A DNA stretch of 26,372 bases from an uncultured Thermus sp. (lineage in GTDB: Bacteria > Deinococcota > Deinococci > Deinococcales > Thermaceae), in the NCBI GenBank assembly GCA_947085095.1, contig CAMTVD010000019.1:1-26372 (forward strand). The letters run 5' to 3'. The stretch's first letter is position 1. Every line of letters begins with the position of its first letter. Position numbers and translations under genes: made by a program. Shown here piece by piece: positions 25,615 through 26,372 of this stretch. The notes under the pieces were generated by a model that worked only from the letters and a program-made list of their open reading frames with translations, was not told the DNA's origin and searched no databases.

Positions 25615-26372
25615 ATGGCGTACCGGATTTGCTTGATTGAGGGGGACGGGATCGGCCACGAGGTGGTGCCCGCGGCCAGGAAAGTCTTGGAGGCCACCGG
25701 CCTCCCCTTGCAGTTCGTGGAAGCCGAGGCGGGCTGGGAGACCTTTGAGCGAAGAGGGGTCTCGGTCCCCGAGGAAACCGTGGAGAAGATCCTCTCCTGC
25801 CACGCCACCCTTTTCGGGGCCGCCACCAGCCCCACCCGCAAGGTGCCGGGCTTCTTCGGGGCCATCCGCTACCTCAGAAGGCGGCTGGACCTCTACGCCA
25901 ACGTGCGCCCGGCCAAAAGCCGCCCCATCCCGGGTAGCCGCCCCGGGGTGGACCTGGTCATCGTCCGGGAGAACACGGAAGGGCTCTACGTGGAGCAGGA
26001 AAGGCGCTATCTGGACGTGGCCATCGCCGACGCCGTCATCTCCAAGAAGGCCAGCGAGCGCATCGGCCGCGTGGCCCTGAAGCTGGCCGAGGGCAGGCCC
26101 CGCAAAACCCTGCACATTGCCCACAAGGCCAACGTACTCCCCGTCACCCAGGGGCTCTTCCTGGACACGGTGCGCGAGGCGGCCAAGGACTACCCCCTGG
26201 TGAACGTGCAGGACATCATCGTGGACAACTGCGCCATGCAGCTGGTGATGCGGCCCGAGCGCTTTGACGTGATCGTCACCACCAACCTCCTGGGGGACAT
26301 CCTCTCCGACCTGACCGCAGGGCTCGTGGGCGGCCTGGGGCTGGCCCCTTCGGCCAACATCGGGGACACCAC
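25615..26372 (+). CDS. hicd: Homoisocitrate dehydrogenase (partial, runs off window)
   Basis: [84 protein letters not shown]. Confidence 0.92.
   Translation, partial: MAYRICLIEGDGIGHEVVPAARKVLEATGLPLQFVEAEAGWETFERRGVSVPEETVEKILSCHATLFGAATSPTRKVPGFFGAIRYLRRRLDLYANVRPAKSRPIPGSRPGVDLVIVRENTEGLYVEQERRYLDVAIADAVISKKASERIGRVALKLAEGRPRKTLHIAHKANVLPVTQGLFLDTVREAAKDYPLVNVQDIIVDNCAMQLVMRPERFDVIVTTNLLGDILSDLTAGLVGGLGLAPSANIGDT

Noticed and set aside
6455..26372. Many long antisense or alternate-frame ORFs (e.g. 7513-8187, 9252-10055, 13681-14580, 21772-22704, 25600-26124)
   Set aside because: Shadow ORFs expected in high-GC coding DNA. They overlap well-supported genes and show no motifs.

Overview
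High-GC Thermus-like chromosomal window. Left (1-9000): the start of an IS256-family element, then a minus-strand, largely lower-GC polysaccharide cluster (ugd, UDP-glucuronate decarboxylase, Wzx flippase, three glycosyltransferases, Wzy/ExoQ-like polymerase). The cluster carries an internally deleted IS256 remnant and a frameshifted manC relic. Middle (9000-15100): envelope genes (LptF/G permease, beta-taco-like protein, O-antigen-ligase-family protein, CBM-like protein, hendecad coiled-coil protein, LptD-like C-terminal fragment). Right: lutABC, lepB, patatin, Ser/Thr kinase, amidase, OsmC, coaX, a stand-alone SRA-like gene, tRNA-Asp and tRNA-Phe, and the start of homoisocitrate dehydrogenase. 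The most interesting element is 23344-25553, a three-part module. It has an unannotated 29-aa hydrophobic peptide gene (MKKLIARVLVLLGSLIALGLAAGAATRWE) with its own promoter, RBS and terminator, a multi-TM HD-GYP phosphodiesterase interrupted by an in-frame TGA, and a DUF5317-like membrane protein with two Asp motifs and an apparent non-canonical start. I infer a candidate peptide-signalling (quorum-sensing-like) system coupled to cyclic dinucleotide turnover. All family assignments come from motif recognition only; no searches were run.
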